A DNA stretch of 64,000 nucleotides from Eledone cirrhosa (taxonomy: Eukaryota), in assembly GCA_964016885.1 (NCBI GenBank), contig OZ024748.1, positions 34,038,001 through 34,102,000 on the forward strand, in the 5' to 3' direction. Below are positions 13,296 to 28,496 of the stretch, piece by piece. A model generated the notes under the pieces. It had not been told where the DNA came from, ran no database searches, and was given only the letters and a program-made list of their open reading frames with translations. Position numbers and translations under genes: made by a program. The stretch's first letter is position 1. The number at the start of each line of letters is the position of its first letter.

Positions 13296-14061
13296 AGAAC
13301 AGCTTGGCCCGATCATTCTTTGGAGCACTTGATAAATGCTTCCCGAGAGATCATAGATACCACAAGATCTTCAACAGACACACTGTGAAGCTCTCGTATT
13401 CCACCACGAGAAATCTGGCCCAACACATAGCTAGCATCAACAGGAGTAGGCTTAAAAACCACACAACCAGAAGATGTCAATACAAGCACTCGGCAGAAAG
13501 GAGGGAAAGGGGGACCCAGTGCCCACCCAAGAAACCCAAACAGACCCGGTACCCCCCCCCGTGCCTGGGGGAAGACCACCACGTAACACCTAACGGGAAC
13601 CCCAATCTAGGCACGCAGAGGTCGACCACACCCTCTGCAACTGCAGAAACCGCGAATCATGCCCCCTTTGTAATGAATGCCTTAAGAAGAACCTAGTATA
13701 CGGTTGTAGGGTTAAAACCCCCATCTCCGAACATCTCTACATAGGAGCCACATCAACGAGCTTTAAAGACCGCTGGTATAACCATCGACATTCCTTCAAT
13801 GAGGAGGACAAAAGGAAAAGTACGGCTCTCTCCGGCCGGATCTGGAAGCTTAAGCTGGACAGGACCCCGTACTCTCTGGCCTGGTGCATAATCAGGAAAG
13901 TACCACCCGATAAAGGGGGATCTGGCATATGCAAACTATGTCTGAACGAGACCCTCGAGATACTAAGAGGTGTAAGCGGCCTGATAAACCTCAGAACCGA
14001 CTTCTTTGGGACATGCAGACACTTCAGGGCCGGGACCTTCCTCAAGATATATGGACAGTAG
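13296..14061 (+). pseudogene. PLE linker + GIY-YIG endonuclease, frameshifted
   Basis: FFGALDKCFPRDHRYHKIFNRHTVKLSYSTT; CNCRNRESCP; LVYGC..YIGATSTSFKDRWYNH; CKLCLNE. Confidence 0.88.
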
Positions 14062-14119
14062 CAATACAATAAGATGTGAACTCCCCTCAAGCCATAGGGA
14101 CCAACCCAGGCTGCGCAGA

Positions 14120-15037
14120 CACCATGGACGATATCCTCATCCTCACATCTTCCCAAGACATGGTGAACAGAATCTATGAGACGTTCAACAACACGGAGGA
14201 AAACATTGACTTCAGTGTTGAACACCCCAACCACGACGGGTCACTTGCCCTCCTCGACTTCCGGATCAACATCACGGAACAGGGAGGTATCCACTGCAAC
14301 TTCTACCGAAAGGCAGCCTGCAGGGACCTGTTCGTCCACTACAAGTCCACCCTCCCCAACAGTGCCAAAAGAGGATACATCACGAACGAGATCGCGCGAA
14401 TTAAAAACAGATGCAGCAATCCCGCGAGTAATGTCACTCATAACAAGCGTTTCCTCGAAGTGCTGGAGACGAACGGGTACCATACCTTGCTCACAAACAG
14501 AGTAAGAGACACCAGACACAAGAGACAGAGAAACACCCAAGGCAAGTGCTTCTTTAAAATAAAATACCACACCAGAGCGACAATACCACCAACGCTATCC
14601 GCAAGGGTATACGGAGGGAGGGCCTCGACATCCACCTGGTCCACTCGGGCCCCTCCCTGCGAAGATGCCTCTCCAGGAAACCCGGGAAATAAACTGACGC
14701 GTGCTCCCTTAGAGACTGCCCGATGCGTCATATGAACTGTTGCCTACGCACATACGTCGTGTATGAGATAGAATGTAACAAGTGCAACCAATACTATATA
14801 GGTAGCACAATCCGGCCACTGCACATCCGGATCAAGGAGCACACTAACACCAGGGACTCGTCTTTCCGGAAACATATAGCCAAATGCGGAAACAAAGACG
14901 GGAGGCCCATTGACACAATTCTAGCAACAGAAAGAAACGTCGGCACATTACGAATAAAGGAAGCACTTTGGATACCACGCCTAGGGCCTCAAATAAACAA
15001 CCGATCCGAGAGAAGCGAAATGAGGTGGTTGGTTTAA
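14120..15037 (+). pseudogene. Different-clade PLE (Penelope/Poseidon-like) RT C-half + GIY-YIG
   Basis: MDDILIL, FSVE, LALLDFRI, FYRK; VVYEIECNKCNQYYIGSTIRPLHIRIKEH; KEALWI..PQINNR. Confidence 0.88.
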
Positions 15038-15182
15038 GTAAACAAATGATGCAGCAACACACGCACACACACACACACATACACGCACACACACACAAGC
15101 GAGACAGCAACACACTCACACACAGTCGCATTCCACCATACGAACATACTACACTGCCAATACAGACGAACGAGGCAACAAC

Positions 15183-15250
<68 letters not shown>

Positions 15251-15452
15251 ACACACACACACACACACAGTAACATTTACCAAACAGGCAGAGAATACTA
15301 TGGACTGAGAGCTAACGCCACCCCACTCCCACAATTGAAAGAACTATTTCGGCCGCCAACCTCTGCTTGACCGACCCCATTTCACGCGCACGCGCGCTCT
15401 GCTGAATACCTCAGATATTCAAAACCAAGAACAGCGTAGGACACGTTTCGCA

Positions 15453-17790
15453 CCTTAGAGGGTGACGAAAAGAATGGGTATGCATGTAAAGACGCTGCTT
15501 GAATCTATTGGCGGTTAACACTATGTAGGCCCCACGGGACGTGGTTGTTTCAACCTTACATTTGTAGACAATGATACTAGAGAGGCATTTCTTGGATAGG
15601 GGCAATCAACCCGATTCCTACAATTACAGTTAGTACTAACTACAGGGTTGCACGTGTTCCTACGGCTAGGTAGTTTAGCTAAATTTGAAGCTGTAATGTT
15701 ATGTGCAAGGTTAGGAGTCGTAGAGTAAGAAATTTTAATAGTATTTCTATTAAAAATGTTACTATGTTTATGTGTAGGGGGAAAATGCTTCGTAATAAAG
15801 GATAGAAAGATCTTAGCTAATGGTGTGGCCACCTCCATATTATATCGTGGGTTATACCATATAATGCGTCGGGATCTATTTCTTCTAGGTCTATTTTCGT
15901 ACTCTGTATATGCTACCTTATCGACAAATCCACTCTGAGCAAGAGCTTCATTGTAATATGTGGAATGGTCGTTGAAAATAAGCTTGTTAGTAGATAGACG
16001 GGAAAGCCTCAAAGAAACGTTTCTTACCAGGTTCTTGGTTATGCTGGCAGGATGGTTGGAATGCTTACTTATGTAATTAAGCGTATTATTCGGCTTTCTA
16101 TACGGGTAATACAAGCCATTCGATAAATTGAGGGTAACGTCGAGGTAATTAACGACCGAGAGGTTGGCCTCAACGTGTATTGAGAGGTTGAAGCCTTTAA
16201 AGAAGGCTGTGAGTTCTTTTTTGAACCTGTCGTAAGCACGAGGGCCGCACTTAGTCATGGTCAAAAGACCATCATCACGGTACAAACCATAGCCCACGTT
16301 GGGGAATTCGTCCTTGATAGAGAAAAGAAGGAAAAGGCCGATAAGATCAGTAACCTCCGCAGAATCGCTGGCGCCCATACTCACGTCGAATAGGGTACTA
16401 TTAGATTTTTTAATCCAAATAGAGTCGTCGAAATTAATCACCGACTTACGGGCATTGAGGATGACATCAACTTCGAAATCCTTAACCACTGTGAGTGTTT
16501 TAGCGAAATTGATAGCTCTAAGGAGGAGTGGTAAAGTGATGGAGGAGTAGTAATTATTAATGTCGAATTGGATAAAACGGCAATGTTCCTTGTTGCATAT
16601 GCCGTTGAACCAATCAATCACCGCGAAAGAATTGTTCCACAGTGCAAGAGGGGCCAAACTTCTAATTTCAGGTATAATTCTATCAAGTCGGAGTCACCAC
16701 TTATAAAAAGATACTGGTGTGTATGAATATAACAAAGATGCTCAGTTGTGTATATAAAGTTTAATTAACAAGTTGAAGTTATGTAGTACAGAATGGTTGA
16801 CAAATCAAGAGTAGATGAAAGAATGAAGTAAAGTTATTTGTTACCGTTTTGAAGTTAGCTCGCAAGAGACCATGTTAGGGTTGCCAGAGAGTAGAGACTC
16901 GGCGAACGCGCCTGGCCGAAGGCCAGCAGCCGATAGGGCAAATGAGAGAGAGATCGCTCTGAGTATCCCTTTTATAGGGTCTCAAGACGGAAGTGACAAA
17001 AAGTGTTCTGCCACCCCAACGGGAAGTAACTCCAGCTACTTCCTGTCTAGAGAGCGTTAATCTATTGGTGATGTGATCGTCAAAACAAGGGAGGCAACTC
17101 TTGCTACAAATCCTTTTACTAAGTCTACCTAAATCGGACTTCGTAGGGTTAATAAGCCGAATAGAGGGGTTGTTCGGAAAATTGGATTTGTGATCCTTCT
17201 GGCTAAAGTGGGGAGAAATAGGGTCCAGAGGTTCGGTCCGGTCCAGGATGTTGAGATCAGAGGTGATTTTAAACCCAACATCGTTGATTTCATTGATGAC
17301 GCACCGATAAGTTTTACGGTAATCCTTAGTTCCAGCATTATGTAGTAGTTGATGGTAAGTACTGCGCTCCACTTGATATAGGTTGCCAGTTTTGTCGGAA
17401 TGGACGTGCACGGCATTAGAATCCTTAATAGAACGAATTCTATTCTTCAGGTCCTGGTGGAACGAATTTCTCCTATTCCGAAATTTGATACTCCGTATGA
17501 GTTCCAAGACATCATTTTCGAAGGGTAGGAATGCTGGGTTACACGGGGGTTATTATAGGTTTTAAATCCAAATTTATCCTGTTTGTTGTCTGCTTTTCGC
17601 TGATTATCGAAATAAAAGGCACCCCAACGCAAACTTTTAATGAACGCGTCTGTTTTCTGTATCAGGAGTTTTAGGTATGTTTTCCTGCTTGGTACGGGTA
17701 TGTTCTTTGTAGAAATATTCAGATGTTGTTTCTGCATGATGAATATAAGCAATAGACTGCTCAACCGAAGGAGCCAAATAGTAATAATAA
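15453..17790 (-). pseudogene. PLE family A copy 2, near full-length ORF, frameshifted and LTR-interrupted
   Basis: N-terminal STKNIP..LRW.AFYF..FGFKT; SDKTGNLY; KDHK..RLINPTKSDLG; FIQFDINNYYSSI; GLYRDDGL; CNCRNRVDCP; YIVLT. Confidence 0.93.
16688..17108 (-). mobile_element. LTR-like insertion inside the PLE RT
   Basis: Splits PLE codons KRI|LDRII; minus strand begins TGTAGCAA, has CCTATAAAAGGG TATA and ATTAAA; other end lacks CA, no TSD seen. Confidence 0.6.
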
Positions 17791-17796
17791 ATTTGG

Positions 17797-18589
17797 TAGT
17801 AGGAATCGCCCCCTATCCAGGAAATGCCTCTCTAGTAACATTGTCTACAAATGTAAGGTTGAAATACCCATGTCCGCAGGGCCTACATAGGGTTAACCGC
17901 CAATAGATTCAAGCAGCGTCTTTACATGCATACCCATTCTTTTCGTTACCCTCTAAGAAGGAATATGACGTCACTTTCAGCTTACATCTGGACTCTAAAA
18001 GACAACCACACCCATATAAGTTACACTGGGAGATCCTAGCTAGGGCTAGATCGTATAACAGAAATTAAACACCATGTGACCTCTGGCACCGCTGAGGCCC
18101 TGGAAATACTCTACGCACAGACCACATCTTAAACAAACAATGAGGCAATTTCGCTTGTAAACATAAATTGCACAAAACTTTCTTGTATTACAGCCCACAT
18201 TATACCTATGGATAGTACGATCTATACGCGGATATTTTATGTCTTGATGTGGTAGCTAGTATATGTTATGTTTATACCATTACTTATTGCATAGGTAAGT
18301 ATATTACTACCTGGTTTTTTGTGAAGGGAACGTTTCCACGAACCAAAGTATCGTCTTCCTGTCTTCTCCGGTTGCAACCTCTTTTGAAATATTCACTTCT
18401 GCGTTCACAGATTGACTTTGTTAGTTTCAGAAGATCCGTTAAGATGAAAGCAGCGATTCTTTGCTTAAACTTTAATCTGTTATTTTAGAATATTTGCTCT
18501 ACGGTTCTTATATATTTGATATATATTTATCTTATCGAGCCCTCTTTGTTAGTCTAATTTATTAGTATTCTAATTTATTATTATTTACT

Positions 18590-18590
<1 letters not shown>
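17797..18590 (+). mobile_element. PLE family A endonuclease + 3' UTR/pseudo-LTR, inverted relative to copy 2
   Basis: Matches 9167-9715 then 10443-10590; decayed family A HHR at 18423-18471. Confidence 0.9.
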
Positions 18591-19350
<760 letters not shown>

Positions 19351-19502
19351 TATATATAAATTATGTAGATAAATCTACCAGAGTTTACGGTAGTGTCCAA
19401 TCCGTATGAAGAACTCAATGTATTCCGGATATCATGGAAAGAAGAGATGTAATGAAAAATCACTTTCGGTGAAAGATAAACGGTATACAGAGTCAAGATA
19501 AA

Positions 19503-19915
19503 ATATTAAACAAATAATGAATAAAACAATGAAACAGTTCCTTATATTAAACAAAAAAAGTTCATTATTTAACGATCGTTTCTAGGATATATATGTTAGA
19601 ATTGGTATGCATATTCAACAGATCTATGTACAAAATTATACAGAATTATACAAACTATCAAGATTAAATATACATACCAACACATATATACGCCGTCTTC
19701 AGAAATAATTTCTGAAGACGCGTATATATGTGTGGTATGGTATATATTTAATCTTGATAGTTTGTATAATTCTGTATAATTTTGTACATAGATCTGTTGA
19801 ATATGCATACCAATTCTAACACATATATATCCTAGAAACGATCGTTAAATAATGAACTTTTTTTGTTTAATATAAGGAACTGTTTCATTGTTTTATTCAT
19901 TATTTGTTTAATATT
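19503..19915. repeat. ~205-bp-arm palindrome between (TA)n tracts
   Basis: Centre CGTCTTCAGAAAT-A-ATTTCTGAAGACG near 19717; arms match with small indels. Confidence 0.9.
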
Positions 19916-19916
19916 T

Positions 19917-20000
<84 letters not shown>

Positions 20001-20004
20001 TATA

Positions 20005-20069
<65 letters not shown>

Positions 20070-20082
20070 TTATATATATATA

Positions 20083-20232
<150 letters not shown>

Positions 20233-20249
20233 TATATATATATAAATAT

Positions 20250-20817
<568 letters not shown>

Positions 20818-20840
20818 TATATATATATATAAAAATATAT

Positions 20841-20894
<54 letters not shown>

Positions 20895-21564
20895 ATTTAT
20901 ATATATATATATATTTATATGTTTATGTGTAGCTGTCACATAAACATATGAATTTTTTAAAACTAAACATAAGATAATTAATTTTCACACATTATGGATA
21001 CTTGTCTCATTCAGGAATACTGATATTTACAATATAGTGTAAGTTTTATAAATACTAATACATTAAAACATAGGGTTTTTCACGCCTCGAATATGTCTGG
21101 CTATTTTTAAATTTTTTCTCTCGCTATTTTTTCCTCTCTCTATATTTTTTTTCTCTCTCTATATATCTCCCTTACATTAATACCTGAGCTAAATAAATAA
21201 ATAAATAAATAAATGTATCATTGATACACTTACTCAAAATGACCTCCCACTACCTAATTTTCTATATATATATGTATCTATCTCTATTTCCTCTCTCTCT
21301 CTCTATATATATATCTCTTTCTGTTTCTTTACATGAAGTTCTTCGCTTTATCTATCTTTCCATCTCTCTATTTTGTTCCATGCATTTCTTCTTTTTCTTT
21401 TTCTTCTTTTTCTTCCTTTTCTTCGTTTTGTCTTTCTTTCTTTTTTCTCTCTTTCTTTCTCTCTGTATAAAATTTTCACTGCCAGCGTAAACCTCTTCAA
21501 ATGAAGTCGGTGTTATTACGGTATGTCGAATCTATTTATCTATAAAACTGTTTATATTGTATTT

Positions 21565-21655
21565 TGTCTGATGAAGGCATAGCATATTGTTAATATGATA
21601 TCCCCGAAATATATATAATGAAATAAATATGGTTTTATAAATATAGTTTTCCATT
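21565..21655 (+). ncRNA. Decayed hammerhead motif
   Basis: CTGATGA a-ggcatagcatatt-gtt-aatatgatatccc-c GAAA tatatata; stem II 11/13 complementary; stems I and III unclear. Confidence 0.55.
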
Positions 21656-21675
21656 TATTTAATATTGTATATATT

Positions 21676-21744
<69 letters not shown>

Positions 21745-21804
21745 ATATATATATAAAATAAAGTTAAATAAAAGTCAAATGATTAAAATTTAGCTTCCTT
21801 TATT

Positions 21805-21859
21805 ACTGCTATATATATTTCAGTGACAGCCATCTTTGGCTGTGACCTCTTCAGACAGT
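21805..21859 (-). ncRNA. Hammerhead ribozyme, family C
   Basis: Minus strand: actgt CTGAAGA ggtcacagcc-aaagat-ggctgtcact GAAA tatata TA gcagt. Confidence 0.85.
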
Positions 21860-22045
21860 TTGAATTAGTATGGTATAGACAAGTACATAATATTGTCAAT
21901 ACTCTGATATGCCCAGTTCCTTGTTGGGTTGTTATTTCACTGAGGAACTGGAGTCTGTTCCTCAGTGAAATAACAACCCAACAAGGAACTGGGCATATCA
22001 GAGTATTGACAATATTATGTACTTGTCTATACCATACTAATTCAA

Positions 22046-22100
22046 ACTGCCTGACGAGGTCACAGCCAAAGATGGCTGTCACTGAAATATATATAGCAGT
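22046..22100 (+). ncRNA. Hammerhead ribozyme, family C
   Basis: actgc CTGACGA ggtcacagcc-aaagat-ggctgtcact GAAA tatata TA gcagt AATAAA. Confidence 0.88.
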
Positions 22101-22245
22101 AATAAAGGAAGCTAATTTTAATTATTTAACTTTTATTTAACTTTATTTTACACTACTCCGGAGTAACCAAACCAACCTGCGCACTTCGTCGAGTGCTCCA
22201 GCCTGCATATTGAGGTGTTCGTATACAACCAACATTAACTCAAAA

Positions 22246-22357
<112 letters not shown>

Positions 22358-22617
22358 ACGTATATATATATATATACATATTTATATATATATATATATT
22401 TATATGTATTGCTTTTCCTTCTGTTGTTTACTTGTCTCACTCGCTTTACGCGTTTCACTTGTCCCAATACCTTATTTTAGTTATTGCTCGCACCAACCTG
22501 AGGTATCTGATTTTTAATGCGATGAAATACCAATGATGGTTGGCAAATCACTGATGAGGGACTAATTTTACAATATGTAATCCATGTGCAACCATGCAGT
22601 ATTCTTCTCCCCTTGTT

Positions 22618-22669
<52 letters not shown>

Positions 22670-22673
<4 letters not shown>

Positions 22674-23012
22674 TGTTATACTTTGGGAGGGTCATGTTGC
22701 CAATAAGAAACACACGCACCAGTTGCTTTCACTTCACTTTATTATAATAAATTTATAATAAATTTATAACTTTATAAATTTCTGGTTGGTTGGTTGGTTC
22801 CACAACCAGATAGTTGTTTATATGTGGAACCAACCAACCAACCAGAAATTTATGAATTTATAAATTTATTATAAATTTATTATAATAAATTGAAGTGAAA
22901 GCAACTGGTGCGTGTGTTTCTTATTGGCAACATGACCCTCCCAAAGTATAACAATATCGGTTTCAACACACGATTTCAGATAAAGAATCTTGCTAAACAA
23001 ATTCAGAAACGA
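22670..23012. mobile_element. Family F terminal fragment fold-back
   Basis: 22670-22805 inverted vs 22823-22956. Confidence 0.85.
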
Positions 23013-23237
23013 AATATATATATGTATATTTATTATTATACTTGGGGAGGGTCATATTTGTGTAATATTGCCAGAATTAATAACAGAACACACTCACTGT
23101 TTGGTTGGTTTTCGCTTTTCGCTTCTGTGTCTTTTATATCGGTTAATTTAATTTATTCGGTCCTCAATGTTGCCATTGACTGACCAACGGTCAAAAATAC
23201 AGATACAATATAGACACAAACACATATATATAGTCTA

Positions 23238-23278
23238 TCCAAGTTCTTTCGTTGCACATCTGCAACATCGTCAGTGGT
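23238..23278 (-). ncRNA. Hammerhead motif of an F-related family
   Basis: Minus strand: CTGACGA t-gttgca-gatg-tgcaac GAAA gaac TT; weak stem I. Confidence 0.65.
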
Positions 23279-23549
23279 GCTATTGTTTCCTCCCGTTGCA
23301 TTGTATGTCTACGCCATCTTTAGTTAGTCTGTTTATATATTTATTTATTTGTTTATATTTTTGTCTATATATATATATATATTTATATATATTTATATAA
23401 GGGTTAAAATACTGGAGCGTGTTGGAGTTAAACACCCTCTTCGTATTATAGAAATGACAGTAAAAGGTATAGCTCAATGTAATTAAACAGAGCCGAAGAA
23501 TTATGAAAGTAAAACAAAGAAGCCTTCAATACATCAAAAGTCTTTATTA

Positions 23550-23587
23550 GCCAACAATGTTTCGTCCTATTAAGGACTCATCAGGGC
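23550..23587 (-). ncRNA. Canonical minimal hammerhead ribozyme, family G
   Basis: Minus strand: gcc CTGATGA gtcct-taat-aggac GAAAC att GTT ggc tAATAAA. Confidence 0.9.
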
Positions 23588-25312
23588 AATTAAAACAACA
23601 AGAAGTATTATCGGCCAATACGAGCCGGAAACTCCGAAGAATATGGAGTGTACATACACTAAAGTATTGCAAGATTATGGGTAAAAATATATAATAAAAA
23701 TCACTAAGGAGGTGTATAACATTTAGAACCATATTACAAATATAGTCCAAAGCAAAAAAAACCTAGAGCTAAACAAAGCTGGTTATATAGAGCAGGAATT
23801 ATATATAATACAATATAATATAATATAATATACTTTTACCAATATTAAAATTACAATAAAAATCAAAAGGTACAATATACATATGTATATATGTACGCAC
23901 ACGTACGCACATATACACATACATCAATACACATATCCATCTTCAACAGCACAAATTAAACCTTATTAAGAGTTTAAATATAAATAAGCATGAGAGGAAT
24001 AAAAATAATAATAATAATAATAATAATACATATACCCAATATACATGAGGTAATAATATGATATTATTATAAGTAGCACATATAATATATAATAAACTAT
24101 ACAATTATATACTATATAATATAATATAATAGAATAGATAATCTCCGGTTAATTTACACAAACAATATAGATGTCACAATAATACTATAATAATAATATA
24201 ATAACATATATAATATACAATATATAATGGCATTCAAGTTAACAAATCAATTCATATAGAGTTACAGAGTGGGTGAGGAAAAATAAATTGTACAATACCC
24301 AAAATTATGATGGTACAAAAATATAAACATCTTACATGATATATAAAGTTTAACATATCACAATGTTACATATAATCAACGGTAAGTAATAAGGATCGAT
24401 AATACAATAACAAATACAATATAAAATAATTAACATAATATAATATATAATTACTTATAATTACAAGGTTGGTAAACAGACATATATGTGGATGAGTGAG
24501 TAAGGGCCAGACAGTAAATAGAATGCACAGTAGTATTACAAATAAAATAAAATAAATAAATAGAATCAACCGGAAATTAAAAAACAAAAACAAAAGTATA
24601 CATTTAGGTCTCACATGCCGTTAAGTAAAAACTTAGGAAATAACCCCGGTAAATGACTCGAAAACCCTATTTGATAAATTAATATTAAAAATATTTAAAA
24701 TATCCAATAAGGCAATACAATATTAGCTATGGTTTAAGTAATCAAAGTTTATAAACGTTAATATTTCATTACAGATATTTACAAAAGGAATGAAATTTTC
24801 TACTATCATATACATAACGATATCTAAAAAACTGACTTAAGCAGAATTATGGTAGGCTAATAGGGACAGAAATAAAGAAATATATGGAGGATACAAAGGG
24901 GCATAAAGTCATAGTCAATATACTATATTAAATAATAGAAAGGAGCGTAAAAGAGGGGGGGATTAAATATAATCATAATCTATTTGGAGGGGTTGACAAT
25001 AAGTTTATGTGCGCATGGGGGGAGGGGGGGGGGGGTTATCCAAAGAAGAATCCAAATAAAAATAAAAATAAAATAAAATAAAATAAAATAAAATGAAATA
25101 AAATAAAATAATGTAAAATATATAATCAGATATATACTCATAAGGTGTTAATAGTGAAAATTTAATGGGCAAGAAGATAGATATGGTATAGTAGCCAAAA
25201 GATTATGAGAGCTAGAATAAAGAGTTGTCAAAAACCAATGGTAATAATGATGATAATAATGGTGGTAAACAAAAAGAACCTAAACTAAAAAATAAGTAAT
25301 GGAATATATCAG

Positions 25313-27670
25313 CTAATGGATACAATTTATACTACTAGAACCTTTAGGTTTATAATAAAAGTAAGAATTAGAAATAGCGTGGGGGAAAGAAGAGAATATC
25401 TCAGACTTTCTATTAAGTAAGGATTCGCTAGAGAAAATTATAGAGTGTGTCTCGAGGATACAGAGATTACAAAATTTAGTATGTGTAGAAAGGTTATTAG
25501 AGCGTGCTACTAAACGCCAGTTAAGGCTATATGGTATATCAGCCCCCTTAAGATCCCAGATATAATGTGCTAAAGACGTAGAATTCTTAAACTTAACATG
25601 TTTGAAATTAGAGATATGAGAATTAAACCTAATCTTAAAAGTGTTAGATGTAGAGCCTATATAAGTTCTATTAGAGGAATTAGTTATAACTACGCAAGCA
25701 TAGACAATGTTCTTAGAGAGGCAGTTACCGTTTAAAGGGCAGTTAGCACTCACTCTACAGTTACACTTCCGGGTGCTATTGGTTGGCTGAAGTGGTGATG
25801 CATTACACGTAGGATTGCTATTAGATAAGGTCTGTTCTGGTGGTAAGGCATTTCCAGATCTGTTCAGACTAGTAGTATGTAGAGAGGAGAATCCATCCCT
25901 AATTTTCCTATTGTTAGTGCTAGCGAAATGAGAACTAATATTAGGGGTGGTAGAGAATGAAAGTTTAATAACATTTTTATTAAAAATACTATGGTATTTA
26001 AGAGAAGGGGGGACATTTTTCTCTAAGATAGAAAAGAAAGACCTAGGGATATTAGTTAATACTTCCTGATTATATGGCGGGTTAAAATAAGTATTTAGTC
26101 TCCTTCTATTTTTATTCTTACCGACTCTACCATTATCTAATATCCCACCATCAAGACTAGGGTTACTACAAGTTAAAACCGCATTATTAGAATCAGCCAA
26201 AATTCCATTAAGTCTATTACTGTTTCTACCTCCAGTAGATCTGCTGCTGTCTGGAATCCCATCAAAAGGATTAGGGCCAATAATAAGATCAGTAGAAGCA
26301 ACATTATTAGAATAAGATCTAGCAAAATTATCACCAATGAGTGAGCGCTCAGAGGGTTCGACTTGTTTCCTAGAGGTATTATATTCACTATTACGAGTCC
26401 CGTGGGTTAACTTATGGATGGGTTCAGATACACCTATGTAATTTTTACGGTTATTATGCTTCCTACTCCCATTCATGGCCATGTTATGTGATATTATGTT
26501 ATTATTATTAAAAGTAAGCGGAGACTTTCTAAGGTTACTATTATTATAATGTATTTTACTAGAGTAACCGGAATTTGCTAGAGCATTATTATAGTACTCT
26601 GCATGTTCATTAAATGTTCCTACGTCCTTGGAGAGTGTGGAAATCCTATTAGATACACCCTTAATTATAGAGCTTATCATAGATTTGGGGTGGTTAGAAT
26701 TGGGACTAACATAAAAAAGTATTTCATTAGGCTTATGGAAGGGTTTAAAACTATTAGTGACCAAGTCCAAAGTCACATCTAAAAAGTTAACTGCTCTATC
26801 ATTTCTATCTATCGTGATCGAAAGGTTATAGCTTTTAAAAAACTTATAAAGCTTCTTCTTATTATGCTCGACATTGTTGGTGCTAGAGTTAATTACAAAC
26901 AATGCATCATCACGATATAGTCCGCCTATAAGGTGCGGGAAGGTAACATATAGTTCATTTAGGAGGAACAACCCAACAAGATCAGTAACCTGGGCCGAAT
27001 CACTCGAACCCATTGTAACGTCGAAATTATTGGGCGTGTTTTTACGGGTCCAAAATGTGTCCTCAAATTTAATAATAGTTCTACGGGCTGCTAGTATAAT
27101 ATCTACCTGTGATCGTGTAAGGCTGGACACTCTCATGGCCAACATTAAAGCTTTATTGAGGAGGATGGGTGAAATTGATGTGTAGTAGGCATCAATATCG
27201 AATTGGATAAACTTATTAGATTCAAGTCTATTAATCCCAGAGAACCAATCTATAACTTCCTTAGTGTTCCCCATAGGTTAAAATTAACTTTATCCCTAAC
27301 ATCTGGTATAATAAGGTCAAGGATTTTTTTTACTGATAATGGCTATATCGTACTTAGAAGGACAGATGAGTCTAACAGAGGGGTTACTAATAAAATTAAC
27401 CTTATGATCCTTAAGAGTGAATCTCGGTTCTCGAGGGTAATATGGCTGGGTATACTTATCGAGGCCGAGGTCAGAGACAATTTTAAGACCCTCACTATTG
27501 ATGTGGTTCAAATTATCAAGCGTAGTTTTTTTATAATTTCTATGTAGCTCCTTATAAATAAAGTCACGGTAAGCACTATAATCCATGGAGTATAGATTCT
27601 TAGTCTTATCCGCCGGGACAAGAATGGACTTATTCTCACCAAAACCCTTAACAATATTTTTAAGTCTAGA
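25313..27670 (-). pseudogene. PLE RT + GIY-YIG; 653-aa open segment plus frameshifted upstream part
   Basis: ADKTKNLY, LKDHK, FIQFDIDAYYTSI, MGSSDSAQVTDLVG, GLYRDDAL, YFNPPY, CNCRVSANCPL, IVYAC..YIGST..FKIRFNSH, CNLCILE. Confidence 0.95.
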
Positions 27671-28490
<820 letters not shown>

Positions 28491-28496
28491 TGCCTG

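Larger units (their letters stand above)
21770..22220. mobile_element. Family C pseudo-LTR fold-back (~180-bp arms)
   Basis: 21783-21948 inverted vs 21956-22125; centre GAGGAAC-tggagtct-GTTCCTC. Confidence 0.9.
23400..27670 (-). mobile_element. PLE family G, 5'-truncated, with ~1.9-kb AT-rich 3' region
   Basis: RT-EN ORF at 25313-27670, HHR near the 3' end, (TA)n flanks. Confidence 0.9.

Noticed and set aside
22549-22600. CTGATGA followed by GGGACTAATT as a hammerhead
   Set aside because: No GAAA half-core or convincing stems downstream; at most a deleted remnant.
25313-27670. Selenocysteine recoding or N-terminal endonuclease (Naiad/Chlamys-type PLE)
   Set aside because: Endonuclease is C-terminal, and no in-frame TGA at conserved Cys positions was noticed.
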